A stretch of 64,000 bases of DNA from Neoechinorhynchus agilis. Its lineage: Eukaryota; Animalia; Acanthocephala. Numbering within the stretch: position 1 is the first letter of the stretch; the number at the start of each line of letters is the position of its first letter. This document shows positions 11,867-23,500 of this stretch, piece by piece. Made by a program: the position numbers and the translations under genes. Location of the stretch: positions 7,604,784-7,668,783 of the forward strand of contig CM121341.1 of the NCBI GenBank assembly GCA_051530055.1, given 5' to 3'. The notes beneath the pieces are model-generated. The model was given only the letters and a program-made list of their open reading frames with translations, was not told where the DNA came from and searched no databases.

Positions 11867-12814
11867 CTATTTCAAATGTCTCTGAGAATTCCTTTTTTTT
11901 TTATCAGAGACTATACCCAAGAGAACAATATCCGAACACCTGGTCCTCTTTTTTTCCGGATTATTAACCACCCAGAACCCATTAAGTTTTCCATCTAAAG
12001 TGCACGCGGACACTTGTCTTCGTTTGTGAGATGGATCTACATAACAAAAAAGACCAGATGATCGAAATATTCCATTTAAGCCGCCGTTGACCGAGCTGAG
12101 ATGTACAAACGATTGCATAACCCGAATTATGCGTTGCTCACATTTAAGTGTATCATCGGGAATGTGGGCACAGGAGACGAGGAGCAAATCGAATCGGCTA
12201 AAGAGCACACGAGGTAGGTGTTTAAGAGTGCTGCTTATAGATCTCGATGTCTGATCAGTGCATTCGGTTGCGATGGCAATCATCGACGTGTTCGATCTCC
12301 TATTATATAAAGGACTTCTTCATGTACTGCTGGTCACCAGGTCTGTTTACGTGCAAGATGGATTCATAAAGTCCTCCTCCCCGTTTGGACCGTCAAGCAT
12401 GACTTTTTGCCAGCTAGTCAGGTGCATAATAGGACACCCGGAATCTCTATAGTGCTGATAATTCCGACACGCTTCAATTTGCCTCACAACGACGATTAGA
12501 TGGACCAAATTAGGTTACCACCACCTTTAGTCTCAATTCGATTACTCGATTTAATCCACGTTAAAGCAAACTCGGCCAAGTGTTGTTGTAGGCAATGATC
12601 GTTCCAACCTGATGATTGTCTGTAGACCTGTGAAAACCTATTGAGACTAGTTCGATTCCTCTTCATTGTCCGGAATATTTCCGCGAAGTCCATTCTTTTT
12701 AAGGAAGCTTTCATGCCTATCACTCTTCGGTCTCGCCGTGTCCAAATTACCTGGAGAAAGGAATGCCGTCGGAATATGCGCTCTCTCCAGGCCACCATCA
12801 ATGTTGGCCCTCAT
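11867..12814 (-). CDS. Short, divergent MCM-family AAA+ C-terminal-like protein (possibly a pseudogene)
   Basis: TSMIAIATE-x21-SRFDLL matches MCM sensor-1 (TS.IAAANP) and Arg finger (SRFD, 12188-12199) with near-canonical spacing. In-frame GT-AG introns of 34, 47 and 51 nt can join the upstream pieces. No Walker A/B recognised. Confidence 0.4.
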
Positions 12815-12943
12815 CTCATTTTATCGGAATTTTTATCACCCTAAACGTTATCATAGCATCCTACAACAACCTAAATATGACAAACGATCTCACCCGTTCA
12901 CCGTTTAGATTTCTCGCAGCTTCTTAAATAAGATCCATCTCCA

Positions 12944-15273
12944 ATGTGGATAAGTTTCTTTAGTTTATTCGGCGTATTTGCAATCGTAAAAGAGACCGAA
13001 TCTCAAGCATCAGGTTTGAATTAAGTTTTTTTTAGTAAACGCAAGAAAAGTGTGTTTAGGATTGTTAGGTGTAGCTACTGGTGTAGAACTTCTCGATAGA
13101 ATCGAAGATTGGCAAATATCAGCTTCTTCTGTAAAATTAGACGAACCCGAGTGTCAAGAGAAACATGGACGTTTATATTCACCAGCGCGGCATTCATGGT
13201 GTCCAGCCGACACAATCTCCTCTGAATGGTTACAACTTGATCTTGGATTCATGTCAGAGGTATACATTTCAAAGCTGATTTTTAGTGACGGAAATCTTGA
13301 AAAAGGTCAGCGGAATTCTCACTCAAGGACGAAGTGGAACTAATCAATTTGTCACGAGCTATCGAGTATCGTTCTCCAAAGATGCCAAACATTGGCAATA
13401 TGTTACAGACGGAGACCAAGATCAAAAGGTGAACTAATTTGTTTTAGCAAAAAAATCGTTAAAAAAAGTAGTTAGTGGTTTCAAATTTATAATTATTGTT
13501 TACAAGTCTTCTATTACTAAGATGAACCCGACAAGGTTCGACGAACGTCCACATCGACAGTTTCAAATTTAGTTTCGATCAGGTAGCAACGCCATAATAA
13601 ATGATTTCATTTGAAACCAAAAAGCTCGAAGAACGTCTTTTTGATCGAAATAATCATTTACTGCGGGTGTAGACTTCTAACCATTATAATTCCCCATCGA
13701 CAGTTTCAAATTTAGTTTCGATTAGGTAGCAACGCCATAATAAATGATTTCATTTGAAACCCAAAGTGTCAATTATCGTTAGAAGGTGACAAAAGTCATG
13801 GGCGGACACTAGGCTTCATTTTATAACTGTGGAGTTTCTTAAATCTAGTCCGTTTTTTTGAAAGGTATTTCCCGGAAACACGGACGACCATTCATTGCAC
13901 CACAATTACTTCGACAATCCTCTCATGACGCGTTTTATACGGATCCATACGGTATCTTGGGCCAATTATCCCAGTCTCCGTGTTGAGATAGTCGGCGTAC
14001 AAGGTTTGAATTGGATTTTTTTCGATAAAAAAACCCATTTTGTAATCAGATTGTAAGATTGAACTCGGTCTGCCACCTTTCGGCAAGATTACATCGAGTG
14101 TAAACGGCAGACTTGGTGGTCGAGCGGGAGACTGTAAGGCGTCCGATGCGTACTTGATGAGCGATTCCGGTTGGTGCGCCGACGGGAAGTTCGGTGAGTG
14201 TATTTAGGACAAAAGTGTTTCTTCTACTGTTTTTGATAGAAGACAACTGGATCCAAATCGATGTAGGATACCCATCGACTGTAAACGCGATTGTAACAAA
14301 AGGAAAGAGTGATTTTGAAGATATATGGGTTACCAAATACATCGTAGCTTACAGTAACGACTCTAGATCGTGGAATTTTGTGACCGCATCCAGTTCGAAA
14401 CCGCGAGTTTTTAGTGGCAATTTCGATAGTCACAGTGAGCGTGTTCATTTCTTGAATGAACCGCTTTTGGCAAGGTTTATACGCTTTTATCCGGTAAATT
14501 GGAATGAATTGCCTGGAATGAGGATTGGAGTGTTTGGATGTATGGAACAGGGCGATTGTGCCGATGGCTATTTCCAAGTACTCCGAGGAAGTCGATGCGG
14601 TAAATTTGTCGTATTTTTCATTGTATAATTCGCGTTTGTACATTCAGTTGAGAACATTGCGTTTTCCAAACGCAAATATCTGGTACCAAGTGAAGCAAGG
14701 AGGCAATTGATTAAACAAACATTGGCTCATCGTCGTCGTCGGCATCCAAAAAAGTTAAGATTTCGATCTGGATTGATAAGAAAACTTCTAAGTTCATCTT
14801 CGCTTCAATACCTTTCTCCAAACGTTGTTCCTAGACAGATAAATCGGCCGTGTGTTCAATCAACGTCGCATCGGCGAATGCTCTATGTGATTGACCTCGG
14901 TCAACAACGATATATCTCAGGTGTTCTTCTCAACTATTATCATACTCTTGAAAGATCAATGGCCGATAACCAAGTTGTTTACGTTTACGTCGATACAATT
15001 CCATCTGAACGACTTAAAAACTCTAATCACCTATGTGATCAACATAATCTTGCACGAACGACACAATCGGATTTTGATAACTCAAAAAACACTTCAAGCT
15101 TTTCTAGCAATTTCGTATCGAAGAATTTTTTACATATCCAATGTCGACGAACTCTTTATGGACGATATTTAGTCATTGATGTTCGACCAAATCATGTTTC
15201 GATTGGACGAACAAAAAGACGATCAAGAGGCTTAAATGAAATAAGCTTCTGTGATATTAAAGCTTATCAATAA
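12944..15273 (+). CDS. Secreted protein: signal peptide + two F5/8 type C (discoidin) domains + F-type-lectin-like C-terminal domain
   Basis: WQISASS, SWCP, EWLQLDLG, GILTQG, VTSYRVSFS, TRFIRIH, LRVEIVG; second domain NWIQIDVG...ARFIRFYPVNW...MRIGVFGC; then VENIAFSK...VIDLG...YGRYLVI...FCDIKAY. Introns 13014-13059, 13260-13305, 14004-14049, 14194-14239 (each 46 nt), 14600-14647 (48 nt) and one long intron (about 13428-13864). Confidence 0.85.
13552..13762. repeat. Two-copy intronic direct repeat (about 67 bp, 143-bp spacing)
   Basis: catcgacagtttcaaatttagtttcgat...tttgaaacc at 13552 and 13695. Confidence 0.85.
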
Positions 15274-15849
15274 GACCGATAAGAGAAGTGTTGTAAAAAT
15301 AACTCTCTTCGGTCTTTTCAAATCAAAATAAAACATTTTAAGTGCAAAAGAGAATATGCTATGTTTTGTTGGTTCTTAGATACATTAGAAAAAAAATAAA
15401 CGTCACTAATACTTGCAAAATTATTTCAGCTTACATTAAGACAAACGAAGCTCATGGATTTACAAGTCGATTTTGTAAAATAGTTTATAAAGTAATCAAA
15501 GTGATTAACGAGTTTATACTTAAAGAAACCAACCTTCTGAGTCACAAAAACAATATGGATAAATGGTTGTACAAATAGGAAGGAGTACATTAAACTGATC
15601 AGTCGGTATACAAAATTTGTAACTAAACATTACCGAACTTTTTTTAAGTAAAAATATTGCCGGCTATGATTAAATTTGCTCTAAAACGAATTATTAGCCT
15701 AAAATCTTGTGGTGTGAACGATCGAGAGAGAGAGAGGATTATCGTGAGTTAAAATGACGAATTATCTGAAATAACAAAAGAACGAGTGAGGCAGGAACAA
15801 AAACTTGTCATTGAATGAAAAAAATTGGTTGAGATAAACCGTGGCTATT

Positions 15850-15990
15850 GATTTTGGAGTGGATTACGAGTCTGGTCGGTGGTCTTTCCTCAGGTTCATT
15901 TCGGTTTATGATATTCGAGAAGATTGGGAAGTGTGGGGAAAAAGGAGTGGAGGTGAAGGATAAAATGTGGCGAAAATGGTCCTTAATGGG
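15850..15990 (-). repeat. Dispersed repeat copy (LINE-derived fragment)
   Basis: Reverse complement matches cctccact...cttcccaatctt...gatatcat.aaccgaaatgaacc.gagga found at about 34170-34260 and 36680-36770. Confidence 0.75.
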
Positions 15991-16125
15991 GTTCAGAGGC
16001 CTTCTGTTTGTCACATAAACCTTCTAAGATCCACTGCATCGTCGTTGACCGTCTAAACGTTAGTGATATGGTACTATGTATGTACGTTTGGTCAATTCAA
16101 TCAGATTTAATATTGACATTTGACC

Positions 16126-18211
16126 TCAATGTTCGTTTATACTAGACAGCTGCTGCTGCTTTAACTTCCACGCCTTGGCAATGGACAATAGTTTAAAGCT
16201 TGGGTCCACGGCTTCCTCTTCATCAGGGAAGACCAGATCTACAAATTCCGTTTCTTCTGATTCACCGTGTTCATTGATTTTCCTTCGTTTCCGTTCAACT
16301 TTCTTTGGACGTAGACACTTAACGCGTTCAGCATCACCATCGTCTACCGCTTCGCTCTCCTCAAACTCTATCCATTGTTCTACCAAAGCCGCTCGAATTT
16401 CTCCATTGCCTCTTAGCTCATTGTACGCGCGATTGAAAACCTTCCGTCCTTCAGCTGTTCCAAAGAACTTCGCTTCGAACAAAGCAAGACTCGTGTAAAC
16501 CTTAACATTTTGAGTCATTCTCAATAATCGTTCATAAAGCTGTCTTACACGATGATACTCGTTGTTGGAGATTTCAAATTCAATATATTGAAACGAATGT
16601 TTCCACACTTCCCTCCCTCTGTTTCAAACACAACATCCGTATCTTATAAGCCTTCCAAACTAACTCAGGCATATCAACAGCTCCGTATTCACCACTCACT
16701 GCAGTGTCATAAATGTACCTAGCCCGTTCAATCTCCCCAAGAAGGTTCTCAAGTTCAGCAAACTTTACCCATGTGCTTCCATTTTCCGGTGAAAAGTCAA
16801 GAAACTTTTCATACAGTTTACGACAGCGTCCAAATTCCCTTAAATTAATTTCCATGTCAATGTAGGCACGGAACAGTTTATCTTTTGGACACCGTCCAAT
16901 CCCATTTCCCATTATTTTCCTTGCTGCATTCACATCCTTCTGTCTAATTTCAAAATGAGCGAACATTATCCATATTTTGGCAAACGTAAACCGACTATGT
17001 GGAATCAAAGATAGACAAGACCTGTAAACTTCTCGAGTTCGATCAACGTCTTTGCATGTAAGTTCCTCAAAAATCGCGTATTTGATCCAAATGTAAATAT
17101 AACGGCGCCAATCGCGTTTTTTCGAACTCGCAGGAACTTGCGCTATCGCACGTTCGAAAGCTTCACGACTCGCGTCAACCGTTTCCTCTAATTTAGTCAA
17201 AAGCTTTATGTAATCAAACCAAATGTCATAATCTCGTGGATTATCTTCTAAATCACGTTCATATTGATACTTTCGCTTGCTCAAAACAACCTTCTCAGTG
17301 CTGCTAATGGTCCCATGTTTTCGTTCAAATGAAGTGTACGCATCGAAAATTCGAGTGCGTTGCTCCGAGTCCGAAAGTTTATCAAGTCCGTATTTATAGA
17401 TGAGAAGTGCTCGCTCGAATTCCTTTTGCCTTTCTTCAAATGCCGCGAAAGCCAACAATAACCGGTCGTTCGTCATTGCATCTCCGAAAAATTCAATTGC
17501 ATCTTCAAAGACTTTCCTCGCTCGTTCAACATCACCATTTCGCTCTTCAAATCGAGAGAGTCGAATCCAGTTCCGGTGTTCAGGATGGACGGCAACAAGT
17601 CTCTCGAATACCACACGAGCCCTCTCCAACTCGCCGTATCGAATTTCAAAGTTAACATAAGTGTTCCAGACAGCTTCATCGGGTTTCCATTCAAGCCAAC
17701 GTTCAAAAACAGCTCTTGTTCCGGCTATGTTCCCTAAAACTTCTTCCATGAACACATATTTGTACCATAATTGATTGGCTCTGGGAAGTATCCGAGTAGC
17801 TCGGTCCAGCACATTCCGGGCATGGCTTATTTGCTTACATCGCATCTCCATCGCGATATACTTGAGCCAAACACTCACGGATCTATGGTCAACGTCCAAC
17901 GCACGCTCCCATACACTTCGAGCTCGATCCAACTCATTCTGACTCTCTTCCCAATTAGCATAACGAATCCATCGAGCCAACACTTGACGGTTCTTACGAA
18001 CCGCATCTTCGAAATCTTTACGTTTACGAAGTTTAAACTCGTCCAATTCCTCGGAATCAGCGATTGTCTGTCGAGGTGGAGGAGCCACAAATTCTAACTG
18101 CTTTTCCTTTGCTTCTCGGAGTAATTGCTCCGCAGTTATTTGAATAGGAGCTGGCAACTTGTTTTTGACGGGAACCGTCTTCGGCCCTCGTGGTTGAGCC
18201 GGCTGATCCAT
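16126..18211 (-). CDS. CRNKL1: Crooked-neck-like splicing factor (HAT repeats), with one 61-nt frame-breaking interruption at about 16585-16648
   Basis: VKNKLPAPIQITAEQLLREAKE, HAT repeats, TFAKIW, GRCPKDKLF, DMPELVWKAY; after the interruption IEFE...LYERLL...VKV and KLLSIAKAWK. Confidence 0.95.
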
Positions 18212-18339
18212 CTAATACGGCAAAAAAACGAGAATTACTAAGATTAATGTCCATTACAACCAAGCAAAACTAAGACGTTTCCTTCTTAAAAAAAGCAACC
18301 GAATATTTCTTTGTGTCACCCACGACGAAAAAAGGTCGA

Positions 18340-20040
18340 AAAATTAAAACTGAAAAATCGGTCATCGGAAATGATGACTGGTTGAAAAATCGCGAAAAAA
18401 AGGAGTAAACTAAACTTAAAACTGAGAAATCGGTCATCGGAAATGATGATTGGTTGAAAAAACTGCGAAAAAAGGAGTAAACTAAACTTAAAACTGAGAA
18501 ATCGGCCATCGGAAATGATGATTGGTTGAAAAAACTGCGAAAAAGAGGAGTAAACTAAAAAGTTGTCAGCCAACAAAAAAAAGATCGTCAAATAAAAAAC
18601 TGAAAAATCGGCCATCGGAAATGATGATTGGTTGAAAAATTACGAAAAAAAGGGAGTAAACTAACAAGTTGTCAGCCAATAAAAAAAGATCGTCAAATAA
18701 AAAACTGAGAAATCGGCCATCGGAAATGATGATTGGTTGAAAAACTGCGAAAAAAGGGAGTAAACTAACAAGTTGTCAGCCGATAAAAAAGATTGCAAAA
18801 TAAAAACTGGAAAATCGGTCATCGGAAATGATGATTGGTTGAAAAATTACGAAAAAAAGGAGTAAACTAAAAAGTTGTCAGCCAATAAAAAAAGATCGTC
18901 AAATAAAAAACTGAGAAATCGGCCATCGGAAATGATGATTGGTTGAAAAATTACGAAAAAAAGGGAGTAAACTAACAAGTTGTCAGCCGATAAAAAAAGA
19001 TTGCAAAATAAAAAACTGGAAAATCGGTCATCGGAAATGATGATTGGTTGAAAAATCGCGAAAAAAAGGAGTAAACTAAACTTAAAACTGAGAAATCGGC
19101 CATCGGAAATGATGATTGGTTGAAAAAACTGCGAAAAAATAGTAAATTAAAAAATTGCCGATCATTCACGATAAAAAAAGATCGTCAAATTAAAACTGGA
19201 AAATCGGTCATCGGAAATGATGATTGGTTGAAAAAACTGCGAAAAAGAGGAGTAAACTAAAAAGTTGTCAGCCAATAAAAAAAGATCGTCAAATAAAAAA
19301 CTGAGAAATCGGCCATCGGAAATGATGATTGGTTGAAAAACTGCGAAAAAAGGGAGTAAACTAACAAGTTGTCAGCCGATAAAAAAGATTGCAAAATAAA
19401 AACTGGAAAATCGGTCATCGGAAATGATGATTGGTTGAAAAATCGCGAAAAAAAGGAGTAAACTAAACTTAAAACTGAGAAATCGGCCATCGGAAATGAT
19501 GATTGGTTGAAAAAATGCGAAAAAAGGGAGTAAACTAACAAGTTGTCAGCCGATAAAAAAGATCGTCAAATAAAAAACTGGAAAATCGGCCATCGGAAAT
19601 GATGATTGGTTGAAAAATTACGAAAAAAGGGAGTAAACTAAAAAGTTGTCAGCCAACAAAAAAAAGATCGTCAAATAAAAAACTGAAAAATCGGCCATCG
19701 GAAATGATGATTGGTTGAAAAATTACGAAAAAAAGGGAGTAAACTAACAAGTTGTCAGCCGATAAAAAAAGATTGCAAAATAAAAACTGAAAAATCGGTC
19801 ATCGGAAATGATGATTGGTTGAAAAAACTACGAAAAAAAAGGGTAAATTAAAAAATTGTCGATCATTCACGATAAAAAAAAGATCGTCAAATTAAAACTG
19901 GAAAATCGGTCATCGGAAATGATGATTGGTTGAAAAACTGCGAAAAAAAAGAGTAAACAAAAAATTGTTGAAGATCAACGAAAAGAATCGCCAAATTAAA
20001 ACTGAAAAATCGTAAAATCGGACACGATGATTGGTCGAAA
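18340..20040. repeat. Composite satellite, about 17 copies of a conserved core in mixed ~72- and ~104-bp units
   Basis: Core aaatcgg(t/c)catcggaaatgatgattggttgaaaaa at 18363, 18435, 18507, 18613 ... 19911; lies between the divergent CRNKL1 and HUWE1 starts. Confidence 0.95.
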
Positions 20041-20513
20041 AACTCCAAAATCTTTATTCCGAGTTAAAAGTACAATTTCACCGGTTCTTCCGCGTGTTTA
20101 ATCGATTACACAAACAATGCTTTGTCTTTGATTATTTTGATCCGGGAAAAAGCGACTTTTTTCCTTTAGTATTGCAAACTTGGATGTAAGAAATCATTGA
20201 TTTATTTCGTTCCGATATTTCGCGTTCAGATTTTCCCAAGGTTTTCAGAATTCCAATGAGGATCGCTTAAAACTTTTTTGGCGACATTTGTGTGCAGAGT
20301 TTTCTTTCCGTGGCCTCCTTTCAATTTCGAATACAGGATTATTTGTGACGTAATTGTTGTTTTTAATTCAAATAAGCGGCATAAACACGAAAGAATTTCT
20401 TGTAAATAAAAAAGTTATTGGTTTTCGACTTGGCGTAACCGTTGTCCTGTTACCGATACTCTTAATTTTTCACTGTTTGGTTCAGATTTGAAAAATTGTT
20501 TGTTGTTTTTCAG

Positions 20514-23500
20514 ATGAAAGTGGATCGTACGAAGATAAGGAAGCTCCAGGCAGACGTGAGTAAGGAGAGTCGTCAATTGATTGAAAAGATTAGAAATGCA
20601 TCATCTGGTCCCGATGGTCCACTGAGTGCTCAATTGCTAGAGATGCTCGGTGGAATAAAGCATTGGCCAGTTGGTAAATGTGAGCTTCTTCATTGGGTGG
20701 ACGTATTGGACATATTGGACGAAGTATTGGCTGAAAATGCTCGGCGAGTGTTCCATTGGTCATTGAATTGTGATGTGGGTGAGAAGGATAAACTCAGGGA
20801 CCTGCTGCTCGCCGTACTCAACTTTACGGCACTTTTGGTTGAGCACAGTTACAGCCGGCACCTGTATTCAAGCGTAGAACACCTCATTACACTTCTGGGT
20901 TCTTCAGATCTTCAAATTTGCCTTTCAGTACTCAATCTTCTATACGTTTTTTCGAAAAGATCGACTTTTATTCAAAAGCTGCCCCCACATCTAAAAAGTC
21001 CACTTGTCGGTGCTCTTTTAGCGCTTGCTCAAGGTTACGGAGGACGACAAAACCATCTCGACCTTGCTTCATGTTGTAAAATTGTTCCGTCCGAAGACTT
21101 TGCGACCCAGTCCTCAATTGAAGCGGCCGAAAGTCTCTACTATGAGATACCGAGAGAAGTGAAAACGAATCCGGTCGACTCTAGCACCATTAAAATATCG
21201 TTTGAGAACGTAAAAGAGTCGGTTCAGGATTCTCAAATAAATACACCGGGACAATTGATGGACGAAATCGTCAGTCATTACAAGCTCGAGTCTCTTCTAG
21301 TTCCACCCAATTCTCAACAACAGACAATAAGTGGTGGAAAGAGTGGTCAACAAGTCCTCTATGAACTGTTCAATCGACTTAGACTCGCATTTTATTTCGG
21401 TGAAAGACAAACGAGGATTCAATGTGTAGAAGCTCGTCTTCAAGCGTTGTCTATTCTCATCTATTCCAATCTTGGAGGAGAGCACGTCCATAGTCTCCTT
21501 TATCCTGGTATCATTCGAGAATTCTCTGATTGTCTCATTCTTGAAAATTATGAAGACCTCATCGACATAAAAGCTGGAGTACTCAAATGTCTTACAAGTG
21601 TTATACATCTCGAACGACACATAAACCACACAGAAATCGTCGAATCAATGCAGATTTCATCATATCACGGATTCTTGCCTGATTTAGTTAGAATGTGCGT
21701 CAGACAGTTGACCGATTTATCAGAAAATGTTTCATACAAACTGCCACATTCCTTCATTACGGCACTGTTTTCCTTCCTTTACCATTTGGCAAGTTATGAC
21801 GGTGGTAGTGAAGCTCTCATCAGTTCTGGAACAGTAAAAGCTCTTCTGGACGTGGTCGGTCATCATGACAATTCGGACGCGAACGTTATGTTCGTAACTC
21901 GTGCAGTTCGTGTGCTTGATCTCATTACAAACGTCGAAATGACAAATTTCCAACAAGCATCCGGAGTGACCATATTCATCGATCGTCTCAACTATGAAAC
22001 CAAACAGTGTAGAATTAGTCAACCTTTTGAGATTAGACTGAAGAATGCAAGTAGTAGCAGAGGCAGTGCAACACCTGATTCAACCAGTGCTGAAGTTGGA
22101 GATAGCGAGGAACCTACGTTGATCATTGAGTACATAAAACCAACTAGGACATGCTATCATCAACGAGGAGCTCTCATGAAAAGTATTTTGAATTTTATTA
22201 AACGTTCAATAGGCGACCATACAATGGCAGACACCGTTCGTCACATGATGGAAGGTTCTCTGCCGGACTCACTTAAACACATCCTTAGTAATTGTGAGTA
22301 CTACGGACCTTCATTGTTCCTGTTGACTGCAGAAATTGTAAGCCTTCATATCTTTCAAGAACCTTCTCAAATGTCCTATTTACAAGAAATCGGATTATGT
22401 GACGTTCTTCTATATGCTCTACTAAAACTTGAAATCCCACCTACGCGAGAAGTCCTTGCTTCGCTCCCTGGATTTCTGAGTTCACTTTGTCTTAACCAAG
22501 CTGGATTAACAGCGTTTCTAAGATATAAACCTTTCGACCGACTATTCAAAGTGCTCCTGACACCATCATATCTACCGGCGATGCGAAGAAGACGTCCGAA
22601 CGCGTCCACCGATCACTTAACCGCGTCTCCAAACGTTAACAGTCAATCGACTGCTTATGTGTTAGGTCAAGCCATGGATGAGCTAATCCGACATCAGCCT
22701 AGTTTGAGGCAATCGGCAATGCAAGCCATTGTGGGTCTTCTTGAAGAGCTAATCCAGATTGGTACAAATACAAACGAGAATAATCCAGACGGAATCGTGG
22801 ACGCAATCGAAGGCGATGTACCCATCTACGAATACATTACGAACATAACTCGATTTATAGAAGCTGTTCTAACCAGTAATTCTTCAACTGAACATTTGGC
22901 AGAGTTCATGCTGATCCGGGGACCGGAACAATTACTTCAAATCCCGTTTTTGTCCAATATTCCACTAGCACAAACTGGATTGGGAAGTGCACAAACAGTC
23001 GCCGGTCTACTGAAACTTGTCATTCAAAACTACAGAGATGACACACTCATTAGAGCTCTGATTGTAAGCATGGATGCCGTTCTTAGTGATTTCGATCGAA
23101 TCTTCTATGCAGATCAATTCGATTGCTACATCTATCAAACCGTAAACAGTTCCTCAAATGTTCCGTTTTCTCGTGTTCATCGAAACCTCGCAATCATGAA
23201 CACTTTCTGCCAACTTATTCTACTTATTAGTAAATCTCCAACAGGTGAAGCCAGATCTCTCGTTTATGGAGTCTTATCAGATCAAATTGGCCTCGATCTT
23301 ATTCGTCAACTGTGCCGAGTGTATGTCCGGCTAGTCGACGAAGAATTCATCTTAGCCAGTTCTTGTCTCTGTCACCCAGAACCGGTTAATATTGACGAAA
23401 CGATTAAGACAAACTTCAATCCTTCTCCTATTGTCCGGTTTATGCTTCTAAACAGCGAACCAGCCGATCACCAACCTTTACGTCGATGCTATCTCCCTCC

